A stretch of 64,000 nucleotides of DNA from Chloropicon primus. Lineage: Eukaryota. The notes beneath the pieces were generated by a model. The model made no database searches, was not told the origin of the DNA, and saw nothing but the letters and a program-made list of their open reading frames with translations. Positions 1 through 15,000 of this stretch are shown piece after piece (positions within the stretch are counted from its first letter, which is position 1; the number at the start of each line of letters is the position of its first letter). The stretch is taken from the NCBI GenBank assembly GCA_023205875.1, contig CP060762.1, forward strand, positions 682,001-746,000. Reading direction: 5' to 3'. The position numbers were made by a program, and so were the translations under genes.

Positions 1-3000
1 CATGTTCAACTTTCTGTACGTGCTCTCGAAGACTGCGCTCACGACTTCGGGACTCATCTGCGGCGAGATCTTGACCTTGTCGAGAGATTGTGCGCTGGTG
101 TAGGGCGTCCCGTCGTGAGACAACAAGAGCCTGTACTCCCCCGGGTACTGAACCATGTAGGACAGCTGCACGTGCTCCCCGACGTGGCTCACGTTGGTGA
201 AGGAAGGCGCGCTAACGGCAGCGGCGGACGCGTCAAAGAGGAAGGTCACCAACTTGGACTCGACCTCGGCATCCGCGATGTTTCCGAACTTGTCCTTGAG
301 CAAGAAGCTCATCGTGGTGGCTTGTCCGGCGATCGCCCCGCTCAACCCGCTTCCACTGAGCACGGAGGAGTCCAAGTCGACGCTAGACGTTACAACTTGC
401 AACGCGAGGGCAGCTCCAACGTTAAGGCCCGTCACTTGCTCGGACATCACCAGCGAGTAGTTGCCCTTCTGGTACAGGGAGAAGGTGAGATGGTACTTTC
501 CGTCCCCCCTGTCCACGAGCTTTTGGTCGTACATGCTCGCGGGCTGAGAGCTCGAGGTCTTCAAGCTGATGTCGAAGGAAAGGCCTCCCGCAATCTGCAA
601 GTTAGAGTACGTGTCCCTTCCCTGAATGATTACGCTGTACTGCTCCCCTGCTTTCACGACCGTGCTCTCCGGCACGACCAAGGAATTGCTGGGCGAGAAC
701 TGCCCCGGGTTGATGGCAACCGTCAAATTGTTGGTGCCTCCGATCAGCACCCTCTCGTTTCCCGGCAGATCGAGGTAAATGACCATGCTGTACGAACCGG
801 ACACGGTGCTCAGGCAGCTCACGCTGTACGAACCGTCGAAGTTGTCGGTGGCCTTGCAACTCGCATCCGTGCTCATGGATTCGTCCCGTGGGTACAGAGC
901 AGCCCCAAAGCCCTCCGACCCGTAAAGGGCACTCTGGTTTCCTTGGGGGTTTCCAAACACGTCGTAGGCGCTGATGACGAACGAGAACGGCACCCCCGCA
1001 GTCAGCGCGGTGTCATAAAACGAGTGCTTGGACTGAGGCGCCGAGGATGGCCAACCCGGAAGGACCGTCAAGTAATACTCTGGCTGCGCCACCCCGTCGC
1101 TCTCGCCGAGGGCCACCCCCCCGGCAACGAAGGACAGTTTGTAATCCCCAACTTCGTCCGACAGGATCTCTGCCTGGTAGAAGCCAGGGGACACCTCCTT
1201 CAAGCTCGTCGACTTAACTGGAGGAACTGCCGTGATTTGGAGCCAGTCCTGGGCGGGTTCTTCGCCTTCCTTGGGCAGCACGTAGACGCCAAGAGCATCC
1301 GCGAGCTGGAAGGACACGACAAATGGAGCTCCTGCCGATGTCGTGCTGGTTGAGAAGGAGTCAAGTCCCTCCCCGTTGTCTTTGGTGATTACAGTGTTCG
1401 GGAACGAGGCCTCACCCGCTTCTTTGAAGACTGTGACGGTCGAGACTTGGATTTCCACGGCAGAACCGGACGCGGTTTGGAGACTCAGCTTCACCTGAAT
1501 GCTGTAATCCTCCCCGTGAACCGGTGGCGTGTACGCCGCCCTGTAAATTCCCTTCGAGAACGTCTCCACAATGGTGGACGACATCGCGTTCAGGGAGGGT
1601 CCGCTCCCCACCGATCCGAACTCGAGGCTCATCTTCTCCAGGTAGGGCCCGATGACAAGGTTATCGAACTTGTCAGAGAGCTTGATGTTGAAGCTTGCGG
1701 CTACTCCGGACAGAGCCTTTTGGATTCCCGTGCCGTAAGCAACGGATTTCGCCGCATCTGGCTCGCCTGCGAGCACCTGCCGCTCCCACCGCCTCTGCGT
1801 CGTCTGGTCGACCACCTCGGTGCCGCCGAGGACCAGCTTCAGTCTGACGACTCCCGCGAGCTCGGGCACAAAGGTGATTCGGTACTGCCCATCGTTCTCA
1901 GAGAAAGTCTTGTTGATCGCGTTGCCCGAGTAAATCACCGCGTTTTCCGAGGAGGTCAGGGAAAGCTCCACGACGGCCACGCTGGCGTCCAGGTCAGACC
2001 CCCCGTACCTGACGTTGTACCATTCATCCAACGTTTGGATCAAAATTGTGCAAGTCTCCCCGGCAATGAAGGAGCCTCCGCCCTGAGCGTAGACCAGCGT
2101 GTTTGCCCCCACGAGGCTCGCTGGCTTGAGCAGCAAATCTCTCTTCTCGAGGCTCTCGCCCTTGAGCGTGGCCTTGGCGATGTACTGGCCAGCCTTCTTG
2201 ATCGTCATGGACCCGGAGTACGTGCCGTCGCCCTCGTCCACGAGCGTGGAAGGAATGATGACGTCGCCGTTCTTCAACTGGAAGTTGAGGGTGATGTCGT
2301 CCTTCAGACCACCGGTGGTGAGCTTGTTCCCAAAGGAATCCCTTGTGACGACAAACACCTTCTGTGGAACCGGTTGGCTCGAAGTGTGCACCGTCGAGCT
2401 CGGGAAGACGGGAGAAACGATTTCCGAGTTGAACACGGTCGCCTGGCCCGGCTCCACCACGATCGTAGCCGAATAGACGAGCTCGCCCATCAGCCTGACC
2501 GTGAGCTCGACCGGACCCGCCGTGTTCGTGAAGAACGATCCCATGTACTGACCGGGCATCAGAATGTCCCTGAAAGTCGCAAAACTGGACTTGGAGAGCC
2601 CCCCGCCCACAACGGAATAGAAGAATTGGTCCGCGAAATCTGCCTTGTTGCCGCCAAACTGGTCCTTGGCCTGGATGTAGAACTGGCCCTGCTTTCCGAC
2701 GGGCAGGGACTCCAAGGGGCAATCAGTCTGACCGTCCTCGCAGTACACGACACTGCTCGCCGCGTGCGTGGGACCAGGCAAAACGCGAACCAGGAAGGGC
2801 GAACCAGCAATGCCTTCGGAACCTCTGGACACCTCGACATGGTAGTACGAGGCGAGCTGCAGGGTGTAGTCCACCGAGTACGAGCCGTCAAGGTTGTCGA
2901 TGACGACGGCAGACATGGTCGATTTGCCGTCCGGAACATAATTGATTCCATCCGTGGCGAGCACGACGCTCTGGATGACGACCTTGAAGACAGCTCCGCC

Positions 3001-6000
3001 GGACTGTATGGCATTGCCGTACGAATCCTTTGCCAGCACCTTGAAGTTCGCCTTATTTCCAGCCGACAAAGCTCCAGTCTGACCCACTCCGGGACCTTCA
3101 GCGGTCGTGCTGCTTGCCGATATGCTACCAGCAGTCGCCAGCGTGCTCACGTAACTGTCCAGCACCACCTCCTTGCCCATGATGTGCACCTTGAGATTCA
3201 ACACCCCGGTCTTGCTCGCAACGTAGACGCTGTTGAAGGCTTCGTTGACGGGATCGTACTCCAGCAGAGTCTGCCACGTGACGCTCGCCGGGGAGCCAGC
3301 AAATGCCACGGACAGAACGTCTAAACCGCTGAACGCGCTGGGGAGCAAGTCCTTCTGACTCTGGCTGTTCCCGACCTTGTTGGAGAACTGATCGCGAAGC
3401 TCAACCATGACTTCGCCAGGCTGATGCACCTCGGTGGAGTAGATTCCAAGCCCAGAGACAACACTCGTGGCGCTGTCTGGTATTCCTGGAAGGACCGCCA
3501 AGCTGAATGGCAGGGACATGGGAGTGATCCCGCCGACTCCAGAGTACCCGTGGTAAAGCTGCCCGCTGTACACTCCAGGCTTCCGAGGCACGTAGACCGC
3601 CTCGTGGTAGAAAAATGGAATGGAGGAAGTCGTGCTCCTTTTTTTCGCGAGAGTGGACGAGTACTCGAGGTAAGTGTCGGAGGTGTAGTTCACTTCGATC
3701 CTGTCCTCGATGGCCGAGACGTAGTCCTGGTTGTTTCCAAACTTGTCCTTGGGCTGAATTCGGAGGACAACGTTCTGCCCGCTCAGGGCCACGGAAGGAT
3801 AGCTCGCGACATTCAAGTCGGTGGTGTTCGACGAGAAGACCTTGATGACTTTGGTCTTGCCATCAGCAATTGCGATGGTGACGGTCTGGATCCACCTCGA
3901 GTCCAAATCAGGACCAACCTTCGTCTCCACGGTGTGGAGGCCCGAAATGCTGAATGCCATGGAGGCCGTGTACGTTCCCTTCCCGTCGTCGGCGATCGCA
4001 TTCACCTTGTTGCTGTCGGCGAGAACGGTCACGTACGAGTCCTCGCCAATGGTTTTGCTGAAAGGGTAGAAGACTCCCCTGCAGGCCGATGGCCTGCTTT
4101 GAATCTCGTCGTACCTCTGAGACGTCAGCACCATGAGCTTGCCCGTGCTCTGATCCGTGTAGCACGAGGGGTCCTTCGCCTCCGAGTAGAGCTGCACGGA
4201 AGACGTGCAAGTCTGGCCCACCACGCACGTCTCGTAGATCTCTCCGAAGTCTACGCACTGCGCGGGATCGATGGGCGGGTAAGAGGAGTACACTGGAACC
4301 TCCAGTGGACCACTGGAAGTGATGACGCTCCCGTTGTAATTGATGTCCACGAAGTAATTCCCGACGCTCGAGGCAGTCAGGCTGAACGCGAAGCCTTGGT
4401 TACCAGCCAAGGCCGCGACGCTCGAGGCCGTCATCCCAGTAGTTGGAGTGATGGTGACCGCAAACAGTCCTGCAGCACTCTCATCCAACTCCACGACGTT
4501 CCCGTACTTGTCCAGGGGCTCTATGACTATCGGCAGCGCCTCAGTGCTCGAGGAGCCGCTGGCCAGCACGCCTCCCTGCAGGCCCACCCCAGAAAACACC
4601 GAAGTGGTCATGCCCTGAGGCTTGGCGCCGAACCCGCCGTAAGGGCTGGCGCCAACGGCTTTCGATTGCACATCGTAGTTGCTCAAGTCACTCTCAACGT
4701 GCGAGCAGCTCATGCCCGGCTGCGGACACGCCGAGACGGTCGTGTGCACCTGCCCCGAAGTCGTGGACTTGAACATCACCCGGAAAGAGCCGGCCAGCCA
4801 CTTTTCTGAGCTGGAGGAGGTGCTCGCAGTCGCCTCGTACTTTGTCTGAACAAGATCAAAAGCTTTGTCCATCCTCGACCCCGTCTCCCTATCCCTGTTC
4901 CTGGATGACATGAAGACCGAAAGCAAGCCCAGGGTAGAGCCATCATCTTGCCTCGTGTTGCCAAACTTGTCCCTCGCCTCAATGTTGAAGTGGTACGTGT
5001 ACCCTACGACAACGTCCGACGTGATCCCCGGGCCGTACACGTTGAACTTGGAGAAGTCATTCGCTCCCGCGACGACGACAACGTTCGAACTCCCGCCCAC
5101 GTTCTGATTGCTGAGCTGCACCTGCAGCAAGTGGTTGCCTGCCAACTGAGCGCTGTAGAACATCTCGAACCTCCCGTCCGGGAGACCCACCACGGAGGTC
5201 GAGACGTTCTTGGCCCCGTCGACTTGGATCGCAAGCTTATTTCCTGACGAGGAGGCAGCCTCCTGGTTGAGGTCATTCCCGTAATCATCACGCAACTGAA
5301 GGAGGAACTTCCGGCCCACTCCCGCAACGGAGCCAAACTCGCCCAAACTCTCGTCGTAGTTGTAGTCCCCCGAGTAAATGTTGCTCTGCGCAGCCGATGG
5401 CTCGCCGGGAGCGACCTGGACGGGGAACGGGGAGCCCTTGATCGATTTGCCGCCAAAAGTCACATCGAGGAGGTAGCCCTCCGCGAGAACTCTTTTGGTG
5501 GTGAACCTAAAGGAGTACTTCCCGCTCGCGGAAGACGTTGCGGTATTGTCTATGACGGAGGCGAGGTACGCCGAGTCCGGAGATATGGAGACGCTGAACG
5601 CGTCCTGATCCCCTTGCTGCTGGTTCCCATCCTCTGATATCGCGACCACGCTGGACTCGATCACTGCACCAGCGGACACCCTGAACTTTGTACCGTCAAA
5701 GTATGAGCTTGGGCTGATGTAAGACCGGCCTGCACTGGTTGGGAGCGGGTCCACCTGCAACGTGTGATTCAGAAGCGGCGAAGCGTTCCCTTGCGAAATC
5801 ACCAAAAAGTTGTAGGCACCTGCAGCTTGGACTTGCAAGCGCGACCTGTAAGTCCCGTTGCCAAAGTTTTCCACGAAACCTGAGAAAGACTCGCTCGAGC
5901 CGCCAACCACCTCGACGCTGATGTCCGCGTCCCCCGACCCTATCGCATTTCCGAACTTGTCCGCAAGCGTGACTGTCGGGCTCAGCTTCTCGTTCACTTG

Positions 6001-9000
6001 CACTCCAGAGAAATCGATTCCCGTGGCCACCGCGGATGCGGGCGTCCCGGGATCCACGGCGAAGCCGAGCGGGCTTCCCAGGATGTGCTCACCGTCCAGC
6101 AGAATCGAGAGCGACTTGAGCCCGCTCTTTGCCGACGAATAATCGACGTTGAAGATGTTCTGCGCCGGATCGTACTGGCAGGACGAGGTCTGCTGTGTGT
6201 GGGCGGGCTCCAAGTTGACCGCGCAGCTCGGAGCAACGGAGAGCTCGGGGATGATGTTCCCAGAAATATCTCTTGGCTTGAACGACACCCTCGTGGTGGT
6301 GGTGGAATCAGAGACAACCGTGTCCATCTTGTTCGTGTCCAAGATGTACACCCGGGAGGGCGCGAGGCCTCCAGGAATTCCCTGCACAACCGCCTTGGAG
6401 AGCGAGACGATTTGACCTGCCAGAGTCCTCAGGCCCACGTCAATATTGTACAGCCCAATGTCAGGGAGCTTGAAAGACAGCTCGTAAAGCCCCTCGGTGG
6501 GCGACTTTTTCCTCGCGTACGCCACCTGCAGCGAAAGCGACGTGTTCACCGGCGAGCCCGTGATGACCCAAAGGTCTTCGACCCCATCCTTGTGAACCTG
6601 CTTGTTCGAGAACTGGTCGACAGACTGCACGAGGACGGTTTGGAAAGCTCCCGCTGGAGCCTTCGCGGGTATTCCTGGCGCAACGATGTAACTGTTCTCA
6701 ACGCTCGTGGTGCCAGGGATGCAATCTACGGCAATGGGGTAGCTCAACGACTTGGTTCCGACGAAGGAGAAGGTCGGCGGGTTGCCCGGCGATTTGTGTT
6801 TCAACTCCAACTGGTACGAGCCTGCCAACTGGCGCTCGTACTGAATCACGTAGGTTCCGTTCAAGTAATCGGTCGCTTCGAAGTCTACCTTGGTGGACAA
6901 GGACAGCCCGGTCTGGTACACGGAGGCGAAGAACTTCTCTCCTCCCGTCGTGAGCTGGAATCCCTCGGCGTCCAGGGCGACCACGCTTATGGTCTGCTGC
7001 ACCCCTGCTTCGATGACGGTGGAGAGACCAAAGACCTCTGACATCATGATGTTCACGTTTCCAGCGGTGTTCTTGCTCGAGACCACCAGAGGGCTCTGCA
7101 AAGGAAGAAGGCCCACGTCCGTCATGCCAAGCCTCACCTGCAACGTGAAGGTTCCTAGGGAAGGAAGGGCGTACCTCACATCGTACCTTCCGTCGTTCAG
7201 GTCCTTCACCTGCACGCTCGTGGAGGGGCACGGCTGGTTTGTGCACTTCACAGTCACCTCGAACTTCTCCCCGCCCACGGCTATCTCGTTGCCAAAGCTG
7301 TCCATGGATTGGATCTCAAAGAACGTCTCTTGGTTGAGAATGCCTCCGGTGGTTCCGGGGCCAGAGAGCACCGACTTGACGGGATCGATCGAACCCGGAG
7401 CCACGCTAATGGAGAGGGGGGAGCCCACAACCTGTGCCCCATCCAGCTTGATCTCGACGTAGGCAATGCCCTTTGGCTCTGACACAAACTCCACTTGGTA
7501 GAACGAGGTCGCCCCCTCCGTTTTCCAAGACAAGGACACTTCCGAGTCGAGCAACTTCTTGGTCGAAGTGCCTTGAGGAACGGACACGTCCACGGTGTAA
7601 TTGCCACCTGGCAGCGTCCTGGCATTCCCATACTTGTCCTTGCCATTTATGTAAATGACGTTCTTCTCGCCAGCGACGCCGAGACCGTTGCCTGCGAGGC
7701 GGGCAATCGTCGTCAAAGGGAAGGGCTCCTCCGGAACGAAGCTCACTGTGTCGTCACTGGTCAACCCGATGCCGAAGACTTGGATGGCCACAGAGTAGTC
7801 CCCAGCCACTGTGGTGGAGAAAGCCGCGCTGTACGTGCCGCCCGCAAAGGAGAGCGTGACGTCCCCGAGCGCGGACGACAAGACCTTTGAGGGGTTGGTC
7901 AGGACCACCCCAAGGTCCTTGCCAAGGTCGGTGCCCATGACGTTCTGGAACTGGTCCTTCAGGGTCACGTGAATGACCCCGGAAGATCCCACCGCAACTG
8001 TCGGGGTCCCCACATCTATCACAGTGTTCGAAACAAGGACTTCGCTGGGAAGGACCTCGACTTCCACCATCTTCCCACCCACCACGGCACCGTCCTGCTG
8101 CACGACTTGCATCTGGTACTTTCCCGCCGTGTTCAGGACATAGCTCGTGGAGTGGCTGCTGTCCAACGAAGAGAACGCGAGCTTCAGGGGGTCACCGACC
8201 TGGGTCGAGTTCGAGGCAAAGACGTTCAAGGTGTACTCCATCAGCTGGCTCTTGCTTTCTTGGGCGAGGTTGCTGTAAGTGTCCAGGGGCACCACTCTCA
8301 CGCTTCCTTGGATGCCAGCAACAATGGTTTTGCCGAGCCCGTTGCCCTCCAACAGAGAAGTGAGAGCATTCACGTCGCCCGGAAGTATCGTTACCGCTGG
8401 CGTGCAGGCTGGTTCCCCACCAATGCAGAGCTTGATTCCCTTGACGATTATTTGCACGCTGTAAGATGCGGAAAGCGTGAGCTTGGTCGACGCCACGTAC
8501 CCCACAGGCGTCTTGGCCACGTCCGCCTCAACGATCAGACCTTCGGGCAACTGGTAGTACTTGACACTGATGTCATTTGCGATGTCCACCTGAGCGAAGT
8601 TGTCGTACTGGTCGTAAAGGTCCAGGTGGATCTCGATCGTGTCGTCCGAGTAGTACGTGGTTTGATTCATCGGCTTGACGTTGGTCGTGGCGATCGGCCC
8701 AGGCGCGATTGTCAGGTTGTACGGCGAGGTCCCCACGTGCTTTCCTTCCAGAAACACATCCAGGAAGTAATCCCCCGATTTCGTCTCCACGAGCTTCAGC
8801 GTCCTCCTTCCATCGTTATCAGGGGAGGACATCGTCAGGTTGGCCACCGTTCCGTTCGACGCTCTCAGTTGAGCAACGATGACGGACTTGGCAGCAGCTG
8901 CCAGGTCCACTCCCTCGACCGGCTGGATCAAGATGGTGGCCTCCACGCCAGCACCAAGGCTCGCAGGAATAACCGCCTCGAAGTGCTCGGGCAACGCAAA

Positions 9001-12000
9001 CTCGAACTTGACGTCGAAGCTTTGGTTGAAGGCCCGGCCATCGCTCAGGTACCTGACCTCGAAGATGTACACCCCAGACCTCGCAGGAGAGAATTTCGCC
9101 TGGTACGTTCCGTCCAAGTTGTCCACGACCTCGTGGGGAACCACGTCCGTCTCGTCCGTCTCCTTGAAGATCCTTATCGCCATGCCCCCGGCCTCGCCTC
9201 CGGTGGAAATGAAGTTGTTGTACGAATCGTAAGCGTCAATATCCACGACAACCAACTGGCCAAGGGAAGTGGTTTCTGGGATCTTCGAGAGCTTGGAATA
9301 CTGCCCGATGTCCGCAGGAACGACAGAGGTCGTGGAGTTCAAGATCTTGGACTGGTCCACGACGACACCATCGTAGTAGAACTTCACCTCGTACTGCCCA
9401 GAAACGTTGACGGGCAGACCGAAGGGTACCTGGACACTTCCTCCGGCGGAGATGTCATAAATCGCCGACGTGGTCTGGGCAACCACTGGACCCACGTCAC
9501 CCGCCCCCGTCGCGACGAGGTCGAGCGAGGCCGACCACTTGCCCCAAAAGTGTGGAGACCTGTTGCCGTAGTCGTCGACACCGACGACCCCGAGAACCAC
9601 CTGGCCAGCTTTCTGCTTGTCCCTCACGTAGTACAGAGACTTGTCAGGGTTCGGGTAGGATCCACGGATGTCCAAGATGTTGGACGTCACCGGGGGCAAC
9701 ACAAACAGCGTTTGCTGGGGGTGAGTCTCGTTGAGGAAGGAGACCGCGAGCTGGTAGTTGTCCAGGGCATTCGTCGGAGCGGTGAAGTTGACAAGATACG
9801 TGCCGTCGCTCTGCAAGACAAACTCCTGCTCGTTCACGGTCTTGATGTTTGTCGCGAGGTTCTTCACCTCCAGCTTCAGCCGGTTCGCCACGGATCCGTG
9901 CGGCGAGCCGAACTCGATGGCGTTACCGAACGAGTCTTTCGGGTAGACCAAGAATTGCGTCTTGGTGCCCGCCAACGTCTGCACAGGATAGTCAGCCACC
10001 GACGTGTTCGTGAATTTGCCCGAGTACACCTGGAAGGTGAAGGGCGAGCCCACAGACTGGGCGCCATTGATGTTCAGGGTCACCTTGTACGAAGCCGCCA
10101 CCGTGGTGTTGACGACGACTTTGTACTTTCCGTTCTCCTCGTCGGTCAGGTTGTACCCCGAGGTGAGGGCGGGAACAAAATCAAGGGAGATCGTGGCCAC
10201 GTCCCCGCCCTTGGTGATCTTGTTGCTGTACTGGTCGTACGCCACCACGTGGAAGTAGGGCAGGGTCGTAACGTTCTTTGCCCCGACCTCCGGCTTGATG
10301 GTCGTGTTGAAGACCAGAGTGCTCCTGGTGCCAATTGGGTTCGTCGACACCGCCAGAGCGACGGGGTACGTCGCGTGGTAATCGGACCCGGGGCCGCCGT
10401 TCAGCGGGAGCCCGTCGAAATCCGCAGTCATGTAGAGGTTGTTGATGCCGCTCGTGAGAGTCAGTATGTCCAGCGAGTAGGTGCCGTTCGAGTTCCTGGT
10501 GAAGGTTCCCCGCCCAGGCACCGAGCACCCGGTTGCGGGGCCGCACCTGCAGTAGCCCTCGAACCCTGGCTCCGCCTTGGCCCTTGGATCCCAAGTCGTA
10601 TTCTGGGGGATGAAGTCGGGCGGGCAGACCAAGGCCTCCATCTGGGAAGGCTCGTACGTCAACCTCGTGTCCAGAATGATGTTGTCGAAGATGTCGTACG
10701 CTTGCAGCAGCAGCATCTCGGCGCCGGGCTGGGTGACGTAACCCTCCGTGGGCGGCCACACCCTCTTCGTGTTCTTCAAAGACATGGCCGCGTGAATGAC
10801 GTTGAAACCGACCTGGCTCACGGCGGACGCCCCGAGAAGCTGGACGAACTGGCTGTAAGCCTCCACCTTGTAAACGTACGAACCCACACCCTGGGGCGTG
10901 AAGGTCACAGGGATGTTCTTGCCGCACCTCGTGGTGGTCTTGGCGCCCCCGACGTCCGCCGCGCAAAAGTAATCGATGCAAGAGTACCCTGTCCCGCAAA
11001 GCCCACCTTTCGACAAGGAAAACGTGCTGGCCGTAACGCTCGTGCTTCCGTTAAGCGTGACCACGGGCTGGAAATCCATTGCGCTGATCGGGGCAAATTC
11101 GTTGCTCAGAGTGCTCAAGGCCGCGCCAACTTCCGCGTTCCACTTGTTCGCGTTCACCTCAAGGTTGAACGGCATCACGGTTCCCGCAACGACGTCCGCC
11201 GTCTTGTTGCTGTAGTCGTTCAGCTCGTAGTACTTTACCCAATGCGATGCGTCCGGCTCGACGGCACCCCGGACAACGTGGATCGTGTACACGGTCTGAG
11301 ATCCGTCCTCTGCCGTCACCGTCAACACGAAGGTGGTGGTCGAAGGGGTCGGGAAGCTCGAAGCCGGAGTCTCGAGCAGAGCCATCTGCGCGGACTGCAC
11401 GCTGTCCGCCAGAGCCGTGGAGCCCAAAGTCATCGTTGACACGGGAATGTCGTCCACTCTGGAGCTCACCTTTGCGGTGAAGGCGATGGCCTGGATGTCC
11501 GGGGAGACCGCCGCGCCGTGGTACATGTAACCGTGCTGGGACCTGACGTAGTACGTCAAATGATCCGCGGAAAAGGCCGCGTCGTACCCGGCCTGAGCTG
11601 GATCCCCTCCCTTGGCGGTCTTGGACAGCCAGCAACCCGCGATACTCGCGTTCATGGTCGTCTGGTACGCCGGCGGCACCAGGGACGGCAAGGGCGAACA
11701 GCTGATCGCCAGGGACTGAAGCTTCGAGTCCGACTGTGGGACCTCCCTGGTCACGGTCACCGTGTACGTCTTGGTCGTCGTCCCATCCTCGGCCGTCACC
11801 ACGACGTTGATGGTGTTCACCCCCGAGGAGAGGGTGTGCTCAATGACGTTGCCGCTCGTGCTCGTGGCTGCACCAACGGTGGTGGTGCACCTTGGCGAGT
11901 GGATCTTGTACGAAACAGGGCTCGCGGTGTCAGGGCACGTCCCCGTGATTTTCAGCTTGCCGATGTAGTACCTAACCGTCATCGCGTAGCCCGTGGTCGT

Positions 12001-15000
12001 GCCCGTGGCAAACGCAGGGTTGAACGCTGTCGTGACCCCGGTGCTCGGTCCGTCCACATCCATGGCAAGAGCGGACAGGCTCGCGTCCGTGGACTTGGTC
12101 CTTCGGAACACGTGAATGTGCGTTATGATTCTGGACCCCGTGCCATCCGTGCCCGCAGTCGTCGTGCTCGCGTCGTAGCCCTCCACGGATTCGTTCGGCT
12201 GGTACCTTTGGGAGAGGACTTCGACCTTCAACGTCGTCGTCGTTCCCGACGGCAGCGAGAGTGCCTGCGACTCCGTGTTATTCGCCACCGTCGACAAGGA
12301 CGCCGGGCTCAGCACCCCAACCTTCAAGATCGCAAAGGCGCTCTCGACCTGGGCCGTGATCGTCACGCTGCTCACCTCGTTCTCGACCTCCATCCAGTAC
12401 TCGTGGTGGGTCTTGTCGAAGGCCGGCAAGACGTCGTCCCCGGTGTTCCTGTGGAGGACACCAGAGGTCGGGAAACCCGAAGTTGCCGCATTGTTGACGA
12501 TCAAGGAAAGCAAGTTCGCGTTGTTGTCCTTCTTCTGCCGGATGGCATTCACCGTATAGGTCTTCTTGGTGGAGACCGAGGTAATCGCGTCCTCCGCTGT
12601 CACCTCGATCAAAATCGCGTTGGTAACGTCCGTCAAGGGATTTCCGTTAAGCTCGAGGGTGGTGAACTCTCCCGCCGTGGCGGTGATCCACCGGTCGCCC
12701 TTCGGCTCGTACATCCTGATCCCGGAGCACAGGACGTCGTGGCACGTCGCGTTCAACGAAATGTACTGGGGTCCCATGGCATCCGATTCCCCAGAGGCAG
12801 TGCACTCGAAGAAGACCTTTGAGGTGTACGTGTCCACGTCCTTGTCAAAGGATGGCTCCACGAGCCCCTGTGTCGTGCTGCTGCACGCCTTCGTGTCAAT
12901 GCTTCCCAGCCTCGCGTCCGTGCTCGCTGGTAGCCTCGTGAGGTTGATGACGTACGTGCTGGTGGAGACGCCATCCTGGCCAGTCACCTTGAAAGCCAGC
13001 ACGGACAATCCGACGGGAAGGCTCGCGGTGTACTGCCCCGTGGCTTCGTGGACCATCCCATCCGGCCCCTCGTAAGAAGCCCTGTCATTGTTCAGCGCTA
13101 GGTGGATTGTAAAGGTGTCGGTGTACCGAACGCTGGCGCTGTACGTGGTGGCCGAAGGACTGAAAGCGGGCGACAAGGCCTCCGTGGTGCCCCTTCCCGT
13201 TTTAATTTCGAGCGTCTTGAACGTCGTGTCCACGCTCGCTGCGGCTCTCGATACTGCAATCGCGTAGGTTTGAGACACTGTCCTGTCTTGAGCCAGAGAG
13301 ATCAGGGTGATCGTGTTGCTCCCGACGCCCAGATTCATGTTCCTGGAGTGCAGGCTCACCGCGTCCCCCAGGGTCACCTCATCCGATTTATCTGCGGCCA
13401 CCGATGCTTTCACGATCCCGTACCTGTCCTCGTGAGCCAGCGCCACGGTAAGATAAGGACTGTGGTACGGCACGGTGTCCGCAATGGAGTAGGACAGCGC
13501 CCCGGAGCTGAAGGAGGGGCTGAGCGCGTACGCAGTCCCATCGATGTCCGTCACGGTGATGGCGTCCAGGTCCATTGCCGTTCTCTGCGCGAGCCTCTGG
13601 ACTTGGACCTTGTACACGTTCGAGTAGAGGCCGTTCGACGAGTGCACCTCGATCTGGATCTCGTTCTGACCCACCACCAGCGGAATCGCGTCGCTCACCC
13701 CGAGATTCGGCACGATCACGCTGTCGACAAAGATGTTGCTGTACGTGTCAGCCCCAACCCCCCTGCAGTTCAGGCTGTGGACCTCGTAGTCCACCACAGC
13801 TGTGTATTCGTGAACGTCCATCTCGAAAGAGGGCTGGAAGCTCGTCGTTGCCACCTCCTCGCTCAAGTCTGGCAGCTCAGTGACCCGGAAGAGCTCGAGG
13901 CCTGACAAGATGGCCAAGCTGTTCATGGTGAAGTGCACACACATGTCTTCCCCGTACGGCGCGGTGGAAGAGAGCGAGAGTGAAGGCGTGACCGGCTGGA
14001 CCAATTCCACCGCAGGGATCGGCACCAAGGTGTCCACGAGGCCCTCGACCAGACCGTAAAAACCCAGTTTTTCCGTGGTGGTCTCCTCGTAACCGGCGGT
14101 GGTCTTGCCGGTCGTCATCATGATGCGCGAGAGGCCGAAATCGACCCCGTTGAACGACACGGAGACCTCCACCGCCGTGTCCTCCAGGTCCGTCGCCACT
14201 CCTGGCGCCGCGCACGTCACCTTCTGCGTGGAGTCGTCGAAAGAGCCCTGGGTGTCGATCTTTTGGCTCAAGCTGACCTGGAACCTGCAAACGCAGGACC
14301 TCGAGGAGATGCCGCTGATGTGGTTCGTCAAGCCTATCTCCACGGACGTTCCTCCTGCCGATGGAACTGTGGCAGGAGTGATGCTGGCCACGTCCAGGGC
14401 CTCGTGGTAGGTGTAGGTGAGCCCCGAGCTGGTGGCCTCGATTCCGTTCAGGCTCACCCTGACCTCCACGGCACCCACCGCGTCCGCTGGCGCCGCGCAT
14501 TGAAGAACATACATGTCTTCGCTGAAAGAATATGATACACTGGTAGCTTGGACGAAGTCGCTGCTCCCGAACACGCAGTAAAACTCCTCCTTCCCTTGCG
14601 TGATGCTCCCCCTTCCCCCGAGGGACACGACCGTTCCCCCGGAAACGGGCCCAAGATTGGTCGTGATTTTCGACAAGCAAAACTGAGCTTCGTGCCTCCC
14701 CAGGCTCGTCTCGTAAAACTCGTACATGTTCTCGTCATAAAATACCCCTGGAACGTACCTGCTGCCGGGGTACTCGAGCTCGTAAAATACACCAGGATCC
14801 TCGATCCCGTACATGTGCTCGCCCTGGTACAGGTGGCCGAGAGCCGGGCCCGTGATGACCGTGTAAGGCTCATAATTAAGGTCCTCGTACGTGAAGTGCC
14901 CCTTGTCCCAAAGGCGGTTGACCCCGTTCGGCGTCACCCCAACCTCGACCTTTCCCACGTCCTGGGAAGCGGGAGAGATGCAAACGAAGCAGCTCCTCTC

